A model generated the notes under the pieces. It was not told where the DNA came from and ran no database searches. It worked only from the letters and a program-made list of their open reading frames with translations. This document shows positions 14,482-26,501 of a stretch of DNA of 64,000 nucleotides, piece by piece; positions within the stretch are counted from its first letter, which is position 1, and every line of letters begins with the position of its first letter. The translations under genes were made by a program, and so were the position numbers. The DNA comes from Octopus vulgaris (Eukaryota): positions 74,462,001 through 74,526,000 of the forward strand of contig OX597814.1 of the NCBI GenBank assembly GCA_951406725.2, written 5' to 3'.

Positions 14482-14752
14482 ATTAAGAGCGCGGACTACT
14501 AACCCCAAGATTCCGAGTTCGATTCCAAGTAGTGACTTGAACAATAATAGCATCGAAAAATACCTTAGGAATGAGAACCCAGGTTCGAAATTTCCCCCAA
14601 GACACCTGAAGAAGGCTGGTGGGTATATCAGCCGAAACGTTGTGTTAACAACAAACAAGATGAGGACAAATATCCGTCGAATGTAAATAATGTAAGAAAA
14701 TATTTATTGATACTTGGTTTGAAACCAATAACTTCTCTTCTCAGATTATACA
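14482..14752 (+). mobile_element. Hammerhead-bearing tRNA-SINE, copy 3
   Basis: B box GTTCGATTCC at ~14516; hammerhead motif at 14601-14646. Confidence 0.8.
14601..14646 (+). ncRNA. Minimal type I hammerhead ribozyme (PLE type)
   Basis: GACAC-CTGAAGA-A-GGCTGG(loop)TCAGCC-GAAAC-GTT-GTGTT: stems I and II pair; palindromic AACGTT could form stem III in a dimer. Confidence 0.75.
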
Positions 14753-14764
14753 CTTACTTCCTGT

Positions 14765-14993
14765 GTTCGTGACGCTTCATCAACCAAGAGGAGGTGGAAG
14801 CTTCAATGAAGGAGTTCTTTGCCTCGAAGGAGAAGAACTGATATCAGCGTGGGATCAAAGAACTGACAGAAATGTGGCTTTAAACGACACAACACGATGG
14901 TCTCTACTTTGAATGCTAGGCTGCTTTTGTTGTAATTTGACGAATAAATCAAATAAGTTACCAAAATATTGCAAACTTTTGACTGAGCACAAT
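14765..14993 (+). mobile_element. Mariner 3' end fragment
   Basis: FINQEEVEASMKEFFASKEKN*YQRGIKEL...DGLYFE, followed by a TIR-like AACTTTTGACTGAGCACAATA. Confidence 0.75.
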
Positions 14994-15859
14994 ATTTTTA
15001 TTTCATTTTTTTTCTATACTGTAATTTTCTTTCTAATTTTTCTTTTCCCAATAGATTTATGAAATACTTTCTGATAATATGGTAAATAACTTACATCATT
15101 TTCCTATTTCTTCAAAAGAAAAGAAACCAATATTTGTATAATATTAATAGACGCAACTACAAGTATGCTCCTGGTGAGACGATTCTGATATACAACTTCG
15201 ATTTCCGTTACTGGAAGCCATTTTAATTCATTTTTATGACTCCGGGAAAAATGAATGCTATTTCATCGCAAACACACACCCACAAAAATACAGAGACCTA
15301 TTCCTAGCGAAAAGGAATTGATATTATTTTAATCACGATTGGTGAAGACAGCTGTAAAAGTAGAAAATCGAACTAAACACATGGCAGTATTGAATCTTAC
15401 CCTTTAACGTTCAACATTTCAAATAACACCAGGGGTGTGGGATTAAATAAGCATCTCGCAGACGATTGAAAGACATAAATATGTTTTTGCGCCGTAAGGT
15501 CGTTGGAGGAGTCAAAACGGTAGAGTGACGGATTAAATGCTTTTCTGCATTTAAGTTCGGTTATATTCTGAGTTAACATTCGACACAATTGGCTATATTC
15601 TGCATACTTTCAGGATCAGTAATGTAATATAGTCAGTCATCTAAATCTCTTTTAAAGAAAATTTTAGAGTTTGGACGGAGTTTCGCTGAGTATGTGTAAT
15701 GTTGTGTTGAGGACAAAGCGAGCTGCAAGTGTGGAGGCTTACTCAGTGAGAGCGAAACTTCTCAAGTCATTTTGGTTGAGAAGTAGTAAGAAGGAAGATT
15801 TTGTAAAGTTTGTGAAGGTCCTCGGGACCAAAAGGTAACATGAAAGTTTTATTAAGAAT

Positions 15860-16012
15860 ATTAGTTTCAAAATTTGGCTCGAGGTCAGTAATTTCGAAGG
15901 ATGAAAGGCAAGGTCGACCCCGACAGCATTTGAACTTAGAACATGAAGTCGGAAGAAATGCTGCTAAGCATTTTGTTTGTTGCAGTAACGATTCTGCCAG
16001 ATCGTCGCCTTG
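15860..16012 (-). mobile_element. Decayed tRNA-derived SINE (Meta-domain-like family)
   Basis: Reverse-complement match to 16661-16800. Confidence 0.75.
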
Positions 16013-16660
16013 TTAAAAATATTAAAAATATTTTTAGTGTTATGGAGATTAGTGGATGATAGAATTAAAGTCTAGACAAAATGCCTCTTAGCATTTAGTT
16101 GCATCCATTTACTTTGTCGTTCATCTTTGTTTTGGTCCAAAACAAAAACAAGTCATGCATCAGGTCAGTTTGACTGTTCATGAGATATGGAGCCAATATC
16201 TGAAATCTCTATTGAAATATGTCAAATGAAATGCAAGTTCCAGGAGAACCTACTCTGCAACACGGTTTCAATTGTTAAGTGAAATCATTCATTTACCTTA
16301 CGCCAATAATACCTGCTGTGCCATGAAACTAGGATGAGATGAAGTTTTCTTTTATAACATCAAAACGATTTAGTTGTTTACTCAAAGACTAACTTTTTAT
16401 AGCCAAATAAAACAACTCCGTTGTTACAGATCAAATTTACCATTCTTTTCTCTTCAAGTCTATTTGTTATGCAGCAAGTATACGAGCTTCCTTTTTTGGT
16501 CTGGGAAAATGCATTTTTTTTTCCCCCCACAGAATAACCTTAAATTATTCATTGACGTTGTTCTTTGTCCTGGATGAGCTATCAACAGAACGCATGCACT
16601 CATGTTGACATTCACATGTACTTCTAAGAGCAAAATTTTCTATTTCATTACTTTCGTCAT

Positions 16661-17276
16661 AAGGCGGCGAGCTGGTAGAAACGTTAGCACGCCGGGCGAA
16701 ATGCTTAGCGATGTTTTGTCTGCCGCTACGTTCTGAGTTCAAATTCCGCCGAGGTCGACTTTGCCTTTCATCCTTTAGTGGTCGATTAAATAAGTACCAG
16801 TTACGAACTGGGGTCGATATAATCGACTTAATCCCTTTGTCTGTCCTTGTTTGTCCCCTCTGTGTTTAGCCCCTTGTGGGTAGTAAAGAAATACGTATTT
16901 CGTCTGCCGTTACGTTCTGAGTTCAAATTCCGCCGAGGTCGACTTTGCCTTTCATCCTTTCGGGGTAGATAAATTAAGTACCAGTTACGCACTGGAGTCG
17001 ATGTAATCGACTTAATCCGTTTGTCTGTCCTTGTTTGTCCCCCCTATGTTTAGCCTCTTGTGGGCAATAAAGAAATAAGGATCGTTAATACGTCGGGCGA
17101 AATGCTTAGCGTATTTCATCTGTCGGTACGTTCTGAGTTTAAATTCCGCCGAGGTCGACTTTGCCTTTCGCCCTTTCGGGGTCGATAAATTAAGTACCAA
17201 TTGTGTACTGGAGTCGATCTAATCGACTGGTCCCCTCCCACCAAATTTCAGGTCTTGTGCCTAGAGTAGAAAAGAT
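16661..17276 (+). mobile_element. Tandem of three tRNA-derived SINEs with Meta-like central domain
   Basis: Head AAGGCGGCGAGCTGGTAGAAACGTTAG, B box GAGTTCAAATTCC, core GCCTTTCATCCTTTCGGGGTCGATAAATTAAGTACC; copies 1-2 end GCCCCTTGTGGG..AAAGAAATA, copy 3 has a different tail. Confidence 0.85.
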
Positions 17277-17505
17277 AACTTTTCATCATCAACTCTTCCG
17301 CTACATCGTAATATTCTTAATAATTTCCTCTTTCTACATTCACTTCCAGTCAGTCTTAATTCTTCCTGGATGTGTATTTATACTGTTCAATGAAATTCAA
17401 TGTTTCTCTACGGATTGGTTTCCGCTCTCAATGTCTCATTGGTGGGGAGTATGTATTTGGTGTGAGCTGTGTAGATTGCGTGTGGATAACACCTTGTGTG
17501 GGAGG

Positions 17506-17700
17506 TCATGGATGAGTGAAGAGTGATATTTTCTGTCTGGTGACAGTTTTGTTATAAATGATAGCGTGAAGGTCGTTAATACAGAGCAGAAAGAGTGTAA
17601 AAGATATTACTGAATACTGGGGTATTGATAGAACGTGGATCAAAAAGTTTGTAGTTACAAGCCTCAATGATGTGTTATTAGAAGCTTTTGATCTCAGGCC
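17506..17700 (-). pseudogene. Ancient non-LTR RT fragment
   Basis: SIPQYSVISFTLFLLCINDL resembles GVPQGSVLSPTLFLLYINDL. Confidence 0.55.
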
Positions 17701-19274
17701 CGAGAGACTGATGGAACCCATGATCCACATAAGAACGTTGATTAGTCAAGATTATTTATCAAAAAGACAATAACTACTGAGAACAGCATTTACCAGAGCT
17801 GGGGATATAAAGTCGGAACTTGGTCTCAAGTCACCTGATGAGATATGCAGCTTATTCTGTCTAGGGTGAATAAAATTCGTTTATCATTAGAAGTAGTAGC
17901 ACAACTCGTTTCTTGCATGTAATAAGGAACTGGTTTAAGGCAGATGTAATTGGATCCATTTACTTGCCATCTTCTCTAAAATGGCCTGTATATACTATTA
18001 TGAATGTCATTGTGCATGCATCTCCGTGTGTGTATAAAGAGAAATTTCTTACAGAGTATAAACCAGCCGTCATTCGTGAGTGAGCATGGTTCGGTAACAT
18101 GTACTTTACTTACACAATTTTTTTTAGGTTCCTATATAATTACAATCAGACATAGGCACCTTTTCAACCCTCCTACTTTTGACCTAAGGAATGACGGCTG
18201 GGAGGAGAGGGCTGGAACTTAATACTACTAATTAGATTTCAAAAACGCGAAATTAAGCGCCTTGCTCAAGAACGTAACTCGCCGCGTGACCAAGGAACTG
18301 AACTCACGACCTTATGAGAACCGAGTATCTTAACCGCTAGGCTATGCAAGGGATTTAAATTAGTCACGTTTATGTATTTTTATTTTCTAAAACATTTCCT
18401 CCAAGGTGTGTGCTTCCGTTTCCCATTGTATATATTATCAAATTAGTAATATCTCAGTATCAGGCATGAGAAAGTTTTAGCAAAATAACTAACTATAGCT
18501 TACATATGATTATTACTTTAATCGGAAGTTCACTGTCACGTTGCCCTATCACATTGTTTGCTGGCGGGACTCTCACCAACCCTTATTCTGCCAATTCCTT
18601 ACTTTAGCAATTGATTATATCATTAGTGCTTTTTTCCTCTACTGTAATATGCTATTTACTGTTGACCATAGCTTTACACACAAACGCAAATTATAGCAAA
18701 CTGCACAAAAGTATCTCACAAACTTTTTATCAAGCATGTATATTTTCCACAGAAAGAAATCGAAAACCATAATATTCCATAAGACCTTTAAGCATCAGAA
18801 GGTCGAGTAAACCTGTGTAACGGTCACATTAAAAAAAAGCAAAAAAAAAGAGGATGATTCCAAACAATAGAAGCGCGGATTTATTTTCATATCCAAGAAA
18901 TCCTTTTACTTCTCAACAACTACTAACACTTTACATTGTACAGATATCCAAGGAGGTTAAAGTACTTCTCAGTCATCTAAGAGGATGCATCCCTTATATA
19001 AGCGCATATCTTTAAATTCTTCCCTTTTTCACTTTCGATCGTCAACTGGATGCCTTTCTTTTAAAGTACATGTCTGAGCAACCAAGAGCGGATCTTTACA
19101 CTAAGTTGAGTCGTGTTATCTGCATACACTGAAAGAATATCAAGTGCAAATACTTGTACACAGATCTGACATTCACCTGATATTGTTTGGGTGTGCAAAT
19201 TAGATCGACCTAACAAAGTGCCTCAATTTAAGTACCTCCGTCTTCCTCTTCTCTTAGACCTTCCTTCGTTGCCT

Positions 19275-19310
19275 GTTTCTGACGAAGAGCTTTGCTCGAA
19301 ACGTAAAAAC
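19275..19310 (+). ncRNA. Minimal hammerhead ribozyme in PLE-type terminal repeat
   Basis: GTTT-CTGACGA-A-GAGC TTT GCTC-GAAAC-GTA-AAAAC. Confidence 0.7.
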
Positions 19311-19595
19311 TACCTTTCTTTCCTTCCCTGAATATCTGCTATTACTTTGCGCGTACCACCTGCCGAATCCTTCAACAATCATGCACCCTCGACCAGGTGA
19401 CCCTGCTGAAATGGGTCAAAACCTAGTTTGTGTCCAGCTAGCGCTACTTCAGGTAGACCTACTCATCCATAAGTCTCATCTCTTAATTCTAAGACAACTT
19501 GAGGTGCCTTCGACTGCCTTAGCTGCGACGCTGCGGCATCCACAGTTTCTGCTGCTCTTCACTTACGCCCTGTCCTGACCTCAATACTAGCCTGA

Positions 19596-19635
<40 letters not shown>

Positions 19636-19695
19636 GATATCTCTCTCCCTATGTGTATGTGTGTGTTTGTGTGTACATATATATGTATGTATGTA

Positions 19696-19751
<56 letters not shown>

Positions 19752-20299
19752 CATCAATCTATCCCCCTTCTCTATATATGTGTGTATATTTGTATGTATT
19801 TATAATGCAGTGTTACCTGCATTTTTATTTAAAAGAGCAATTGGCAAAGCTGAAATTCATTTGATCGTAAGTTTATTTATGCTTGACTAAACAACATTAC
19901 GCAAATGCGGAAATATAGTTCTGGGAGTTATTTTCTTAAAGAGACTCTATTAAATCTTGTACGACGCTATTCTTTCTATTCTTTTATTCTTTCCTTCTTT
20001 CTATCAGTCCTTTCACGCTTACTTCGCTCATTCCACTCTTCGTTCTTTCGTTCCCCTCTCTCACATTTCCTTGCCTCCTCTTTTCACTTCACTGTGTCCC
20101 TGTCATTTTTTCTCGCCCCTCATTATGTTGTCTGTCCCTCTACCTCTCTCTCTTCTCTCCCCACGTGACTGGTGTTCGGCCAAGCCTGACCTTTCTTGGC
20201 TCGGCCGCCGTCCGTGCAACATCTGTATTCCTTCCTGTACCTGTGAAATCTTGTATCCCTACCGTAAGGCTTTATTTCCATACACGCCAGCTTAATCTA

Positions 20300-20836
20300 A
20301 TTCGTCCTTAGTCGAAAGACACCTGTTGTTATGTCTTGTTATTTGCATTTGTATTTGTGTAACATTTCTCCATTTTTTCCGTCCTTGTTTTCGTATACAC
20401 TTGGGAATCTAATGCTCTTAGCTTAGTTTTTCCTTGGGGCGTGCCAGATTGGAATAATCTCGAGTATAACCAGCCGAAATTGCAAAGAAAATCTGGAACT
20501 CGACTGAGGAAAGAAAACTCCGAATGACCCGTCTCCTTGTTTTCTTTGTATCGTCTATCTGGATGTTTTGTTGTCCCTTTTTTGTATCACCTAACTGTCT
20601 GGATGTTTTTCCTTCTTGTCCCATTTTGTATTTTATAAAACGTGACCTCGTGTGTACCGTTGGCGATTTTTTCCTCTGTCTTCCCTTCTCTGGACCTTTC
20701 CTTCTCCTATGTTTCCGATGAAGAGCGCCGCTCGAAACGTTAAACCGTCCTTCTTTCCTGAGCGTCCAATGATACTATATTTGTTCCACGTCCTCGCGTT
20801 GTTGTGTTTTTTTGTGCTTTCTTGTTTGGATTAACC
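20300..20836 (+). mobile_element. Non-autonomous Penelope-like terminal repeat with hammerhead at 20711-20745
   Basis: GTTT-CCGATGA-A-GAGC GCC GCTC-GAAAC-GTT-AAAC; homologous segments at 51289-51470 (+), 51675-51965 (-) and 29481-29690 (-). Confidence 0.7.
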
Positions 20837-20837
20837 T

Positions 20838-20885
<48 letters not shown>

Positions 20886-21486
20886 TGATAAATAAAAATA
20901 TATGCATACATACAAACATATATGTACGTACCTACATCTACATGTATATATACATGCATATATAAATAATTATACGTGAGTACAGGACATCACAATAAGA
21001 CGTAGAAACGGAAAAAACAAAAAAACAATAAACAAGAAAACGAAAAAACAATTACAGGACGAGCTACACAAGGACAAAACCTCCGTCATCAGCTGTCGCT
21101 AGTGGAGTCAAGCATGTTTCGAAGGCAGAGACAGAACACTAATCCAATAGGCCTTCCTGCGAGAGAATTAAAATAAAATTCCAAGCAGCGGGGCAAAATG
21201 AGTACGAACACGAACAAGACGTAACAATAAAACTGCAAAAATAAAAGTACATGTACAAAAAATACAATTAATTACAAAACGAGAAAATAAAAAGAGAATA
21301 CGATACAGGAAATCAAACACACAAGGGGACGAACGAAAAAGCCTTTTTCTGGCGAAGACGAAGGATACTGTATCAGCGCGTGGAGGCAGTCTTTTCAGTA
21401 GTAAGAACCACGTGTAAAAGAAATTTTATTTTATAAGCTGGCATTCCGATTCGTCGTTTCGTTCCACTTCTTGGTTCCTGTTTTTT

Positions 21487-21535
<49 letters not shown>

Positions 21536-21544
21536 TACAAGCGC

Positions 21545-21640
21545 AGGCATGGCTGTGTGGTAAGAAGCTTGCTTCGCCAACCACATGGTTCCAGAAACTG
21601 AAAGAAGTCTGTTGTATATATATATATATATATATATATA
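21545..21640 (+). mobile_element. 5' part of tRNA-derived SINE (continues at 25309-25410)
   Basis: GGCATGGCTGTGTGGTAAGAAGCTTGCTTC head, same family as 45855; ends in (TA)n. Confidence 0.7.
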
Positions 21641-22954
21641 CTAGCAGTATCGCCCGGCGTTGCTCGGGTTTGTAAGGGAAATAACTATATAAGCATTTTT
21701 AGAGAGTTATAGCCAAAAAATGCATTAAAAATGGAAAAAATATGATGGTAAATTTTTTTTTAAATCGTTGACTCATCGTAGACATTTTTAGAGAGTTACT
21801 TCCCTTATATAATAGCGAAAAAATGCATTAAAATGGAAAAAAAAACGATGGTAAATTTTTTTTTAAATCGTAGACTCATGTAGACGCTTTCTTAGCCATT
21901 TCTGTTTTGGTGTCTTCAAGCCATGAAGTCGTTGTTCTAAAAGAACACTGGTCTCCTTGACAACGCATTACGACGTTGATTTCCTTACACTCCCTTCCCC
22001 ACAGGTGCAGGTGTGAGTGTGGACGCCAACTCCGCCGCCATCGACACACGAAAAATTATGCATTAAAATGGAATAAAAAATGATGTTAAATTATTTTTAA
22101 AATCGTAGACTCATCGTAGACGCGCGCTAATATTCAGACGGGCTCGATATGAATCACGACTATAAGCTACCCGAATTTGGTTAAACTGTACCGCAAAATG
22201 TGGGAGTAGTTAGGAATCTAAATCGAAGGGGACAGACACTCACACAACTACAGTTTTATATATATAGATATACATAGCGCAGTAGTGGTGAGATATGGCA
22301 GCAAAGAAAAGCATACATTCACTCTCTGCATGCAATTAGACTCGGAAAGTTCGTGAGGAACCCATTGACCCAATTTGCTGACTTTTCCGATAGCACACAG
22401 GTGTCAATGAATGGTTGAATGACCAAATCCAAGCTTCTCTGCTAGTTCCTCAACAGTTACGATGAGATTTGGTTCCACCAGGGTTTTCAGGATGTCCTTG
22501 TCGAGTTCTACAGATCTTTCAGGATGAGGCTCGTCTTCTAGGCTGTAGTTTATGGCTCGGGATTTCTGGAACCACCATTGACACTGCCTTACGCTTATTG
22601 TCCAATCCCCATATACTGCATTAATATTTCTTGTACTTTGCACACATTTATATTCTGTTATTCTTTTATATGTTTCACCCTTGAGGTTGTGGCCATGCTG
22701 GATCATGTGTGTGTGTGTGTCTATCTGTCTGTCTGTCTGTATGTATATATGTATATGTATGTGTGTGAACAATAATATTTTCAACAGATGTGTTGCAAAT
22801 GTATCTGATTGTTCTCAAGCTTCAATACTGTGTGTGTGTGTATGTGTGTGTGTGTATGTATGTATGTATATGTATGTATGTATGTATATGTATGTATGTA
22901 TGTATGTATGTGTGTGTGTATGTATGTATGTGTGTGTGTATGTATGTGTGTGTG

Positions 22955-22986
<32 letters not shown>

Positions 22987-23430
22987 TGTATGTATGTATG
23001 TATGTATGAGTGTATGTTTACTTTATTACTAATTACTCTCTTCCAAGAACATTTTCACTCACTCTTAGCTCTTAGCTTCCCATACATTTTACTCATGTAT
23101 CTATCAGCGTCATAGACAGAATACTTTCACTTTAGTCTTCCTCAAATCACTCTGTCGCTATTTACTTTCATTTTATTCGTTGCCCACTGTGTGTGTGCGT
23201 TTGCGTGTGGTGTAAACCAGACTAAGAAAAGCATTTGACACACACACCAGAATGTGAGTTTTCTGTAAATTTTGCTTAATTGGAGTTTAAATTTTAAAAA
23301 CTGGACCTGGCATGACGCGATGCATTGTACTCTTAAAACTGCTAGGTAAATTTTAATTGAAGAAATCCTATATTGTAGATTTGTATAACTCCCAAAGGGA
23401 GGCAGATAAAATCTGCCTTTTATAATAAGA
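21641..23430 (-). mobile_element. Composite non-autonomous Helitron, left arm of palindrome
   Basis: Near-identical reverse complement of 23447-25308; 3' CCCG..CGGG hairpin plus CTAG at 21641. Confidence 0.75.
22290..22690 (-). pseudogene. Mariner transposase N-terminal fragment (inside left arm)
   Basis: WFQK...SLEDEP...TVEELAEKLG...GQWVPHEL. Confidence 0.85.
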
Positions 23431-23446
23431 TATATATATATATATA

Positions 23447-25308
23447 TCTCTTATTATAAAAGGCAGATTTTATCTGCCTCCCTTTGGGAGTTATAGAAAT
23501 CTACAATATAGGATTTCTTCAATTACAATTTAACTAGCATTTTTAAGAGTACAATGCATCGCGTCATGCCAGGTCCAGTTTTTAAAATTTAAACTCCAAT
23601 TAAGCAAAATTTACAGAAAACTCACATTCTGGTGTGTGTGTCAAATGCTTTTCTTAGTCTGGTTTACACCACACGCAAACGCACACACACAGTGGGCAAC
23701 GAATAAAATGAAAGTAAATAGCGACAGAGTGATTTGAGGAAGACTAAAGTGAAAGTATTCTGTCTATGACGCTGATAGATACATGAGTAAAATGTATGGG
23801 AAGCTAAGAGCTAAGAGTGAGTGAAAATGTTCTTGGAAGAGAGTAAATAGCGAGAGAGAGAGAGTGATTTGAGGAAGACTTTCATTAAATAACCGTAGTG
23901 GCTTGTGTTAGTAATAAAGTAAACATACACTACATACATACATACATACATACATACATACATACATACATACATACATACATACATACATACACACACA
24001 CACATACACACATACATACATACACACACACATACATACATACATACATGCATATACATACATACATACATATACATACATACATACACACACACACATA
24101 CACACACACACATACACACACACAGTATTGAAGCTTGAGAACAATCAGATACATTTGCAACACATCTGTTGAAAATATTATTGTTCACACACATACATAT
24201 ACATATATACATACAGACAGACAGACAGATAGACACACACACACACATGATCCAGCATGGTCACAACCTCAAGGCTGAAACATAAAAGAATAACAGAATA
24301 TAAATGTGTGCAAAGTACAAGAAATATTAATGCAGTATATGGGGATTGGACAATAAGCGTAAGGCAGTGTCAATGGTGGTTCCAGAAATCCCGAGCCATA
24401 AACTACAGCCTAGAAGACGAGCCTCATCCTGAAAGATCTGTAGAACTCGACAAGGACATCCTGAAAACCCTGGTGGAACCAAATCTCATCGTAACTGTTG
24501 AGGAACTAGCAGAGAAGCTTGGATTTGGTCATTCAACCATTCATTGACACCTGTGTGCTATCGGAAAAGTCAGCAAATTGGGTCAATGGGTTCCTCACGA
24601 ACTTTCCGAGTCTAATTGCATGCAGAGAGTGAATGTATGCTTTTCTTTGCTGCCATATCTCACCACTACTGCGCTATGTATATCTATATATATAAAACTG
24701 TAGTTGTGTGAGTGTCTGTCCCCTTCGATTTAGATTCCTAACTACTCCCACATTTTGCGGTACAGTTTAACCAAATTCGGGTAGCTTATAGTCGTGATTC
24801 ATATCGAGCCCGTCTGAATATTAGCGCGCGTCTACGATGAGTCTACGATTTTAAAAATAATTTAACATCATTTTTTATTCCATTTTAATGCATAATTTTT
24901 CGTGTGTCGATGGCGGCGGAGTTGGCGTCCACACTCACACCTGCACCTGTGGGGAAGGGAGTGTAAGGAAATCAACGTCGTAATGCGTTGTCAAGGAGAC
25001 CAGTGTTCTTTTAGAACAACGACTTCATGGCTTGAAGACACCAAAACAGAAATGGCTAAGAAAGCGTCTACATGAGTCTACGATTTAAAAAAAAATTACC
25101 ATCGTTTTTTTTCCATTTTAATGCATTTTTTCGCTATTATATAAGGGAAGTAACTCTCTAAAAATGTCTACGATGAGTCAACGATTTAAAAAAAAATTTA
25201 CCATCATATTTTTTCCATTTTTAATGCATTTTTTGGCTATAACTCTCTAAAAATGCTTATATAGTTATTTCCCTTACAAACCCGAGCAACGCCGGGCGAT
25301 ACTGCTAG
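23447..25308 (+). mobile_element. Composite non-autonomous Helitron, right arm of palindrome
   Basis: 5' A|TC..TTATTATAAAA, internal second 5' end TCTATATATATAAAA at 24683, 3' hairpin CCCGAGCAACGCCGGG then CTAG|T. Confidence 0.75.
24257..24660 (+). pseudogene. Mariner transposase N-terminal fragment (inside right arm)
   Basis: Same peptide as 22290-22690 including WVPHEL. Confidence 0.85.
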
Positions 25309-26294
25309 TATATATATATATATATATATATACATGTGAGTGTGTGCTTTTCTGTCTCTGTCTCCTCATCACCACTTGACTGCCGGCGTTGGTGTGTTTA
25401 CGTCCCCGTAAATATATATAAATAAAGTGTCAAACATCCTTCCCGAGCTATAATCCGGCTTCCCGGATTCTGTAGCGAAAACACCGCTCCTTGGACGGGA
25501 CCCCTGTTCATCGCAGGATCACTCACCTTTTGCCAGCTAAATGGACTAAAGCAATGTGAAGTGCTTTACGATCATGAGTGCAACACCTAAACCACTAAGC
25601 GATTTACCTCCGTGTGTGTGTGTGTGTGTATGTGTGTGTGTATGTGCGCGCGCGTATGTGCGTAAATTTATCTATCTATTTATCAGTCTGTCTGTCTGTC
25701 TGTCTGCTCACTCACACACACGCTGGATGTCATTTGAGGCATATTCATGTACTATTTCTAGCAGGTTGAGCAACCACCTAGAGGATCTGTGGATGGCTCG
25801 TTAAGCTTTATATAGGACATACCTTAGATATTTCAGCTTTGAACTCCTGCTCACTCTATATTTAAGCTTTTGTATAGATTAAGCAGATACTCAAAGTTGA
25901 AATAGTTTCTTGTACAGATTCAGTTGTAGCTATGTGAATGAAGGTGAGATGTATTATTCATAGACATAATAATCTTTTGTGTATTTAGCAAACATAGACA
26001 GAAATGCAGCAAGAAATGCTCAGTACAATATATAACATAAACAGTAAAGCAGCTAAAAGGAAGTGGGATAAAGCAAGTTTATCTCTGTTGTAAAAAAATA
26101 ATAACCAAGCAAAAAAGAAAGAAAGATAAATAACTTCAATAATAGCATGGAAAAGTTTAACACAAAACTGCAACGTTAACAATAGCAACACTTGTAGGAA
26201 CTTAATTTCGATGTTTCGTGGTTAAATTGAAAGTAAGGCAACTTTGAGGTCTGTGTTGAATTTCTATGTGAAGCCATTTAATTTCAATTATTAA

Positions 26295-26501
26295 TTGGTT
26301 TCAAATTTTGGCTCAAGTCCAGCAATTTTGTGGGAGAAGAAAGTCGCTTACAGCAACCCCAATGTTCAAATGGTCGATATTTTATCGACCCCAAAAGGCA
26401 AAGTCAATCTCGGTGGCATTTGAACTTAGAACGTAAAGTCGAACGAAATGCCGCTAAGCATTTTTCCCGGCGCAGTAACGATTCTGCCAGCTCGCCGCCT
26501 T
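26295..26501 (-). mobile_element. tRNA-derived SINE (Meta-like family)
   Basis: Reverse-complement match to the 16661 head and core. Confidence 0.8.

Noticed and set aside
16661-17276. CRISPR-like or satellite array
   Set aside because: Repeats are ~180-230-bp SINE copies in eukaryotic DNA, with no repeat-spacer structure or cas genes
21641-25308. Palindrome as a pure sequencing fold-back artefact or a giant TIR transposon
   Set aside because: Arms differ by SNPs and a ~60-bp indel, both ends coincide with Helitron termini, and the host SINE continues across; an artefact is less likely but not excluded without reads
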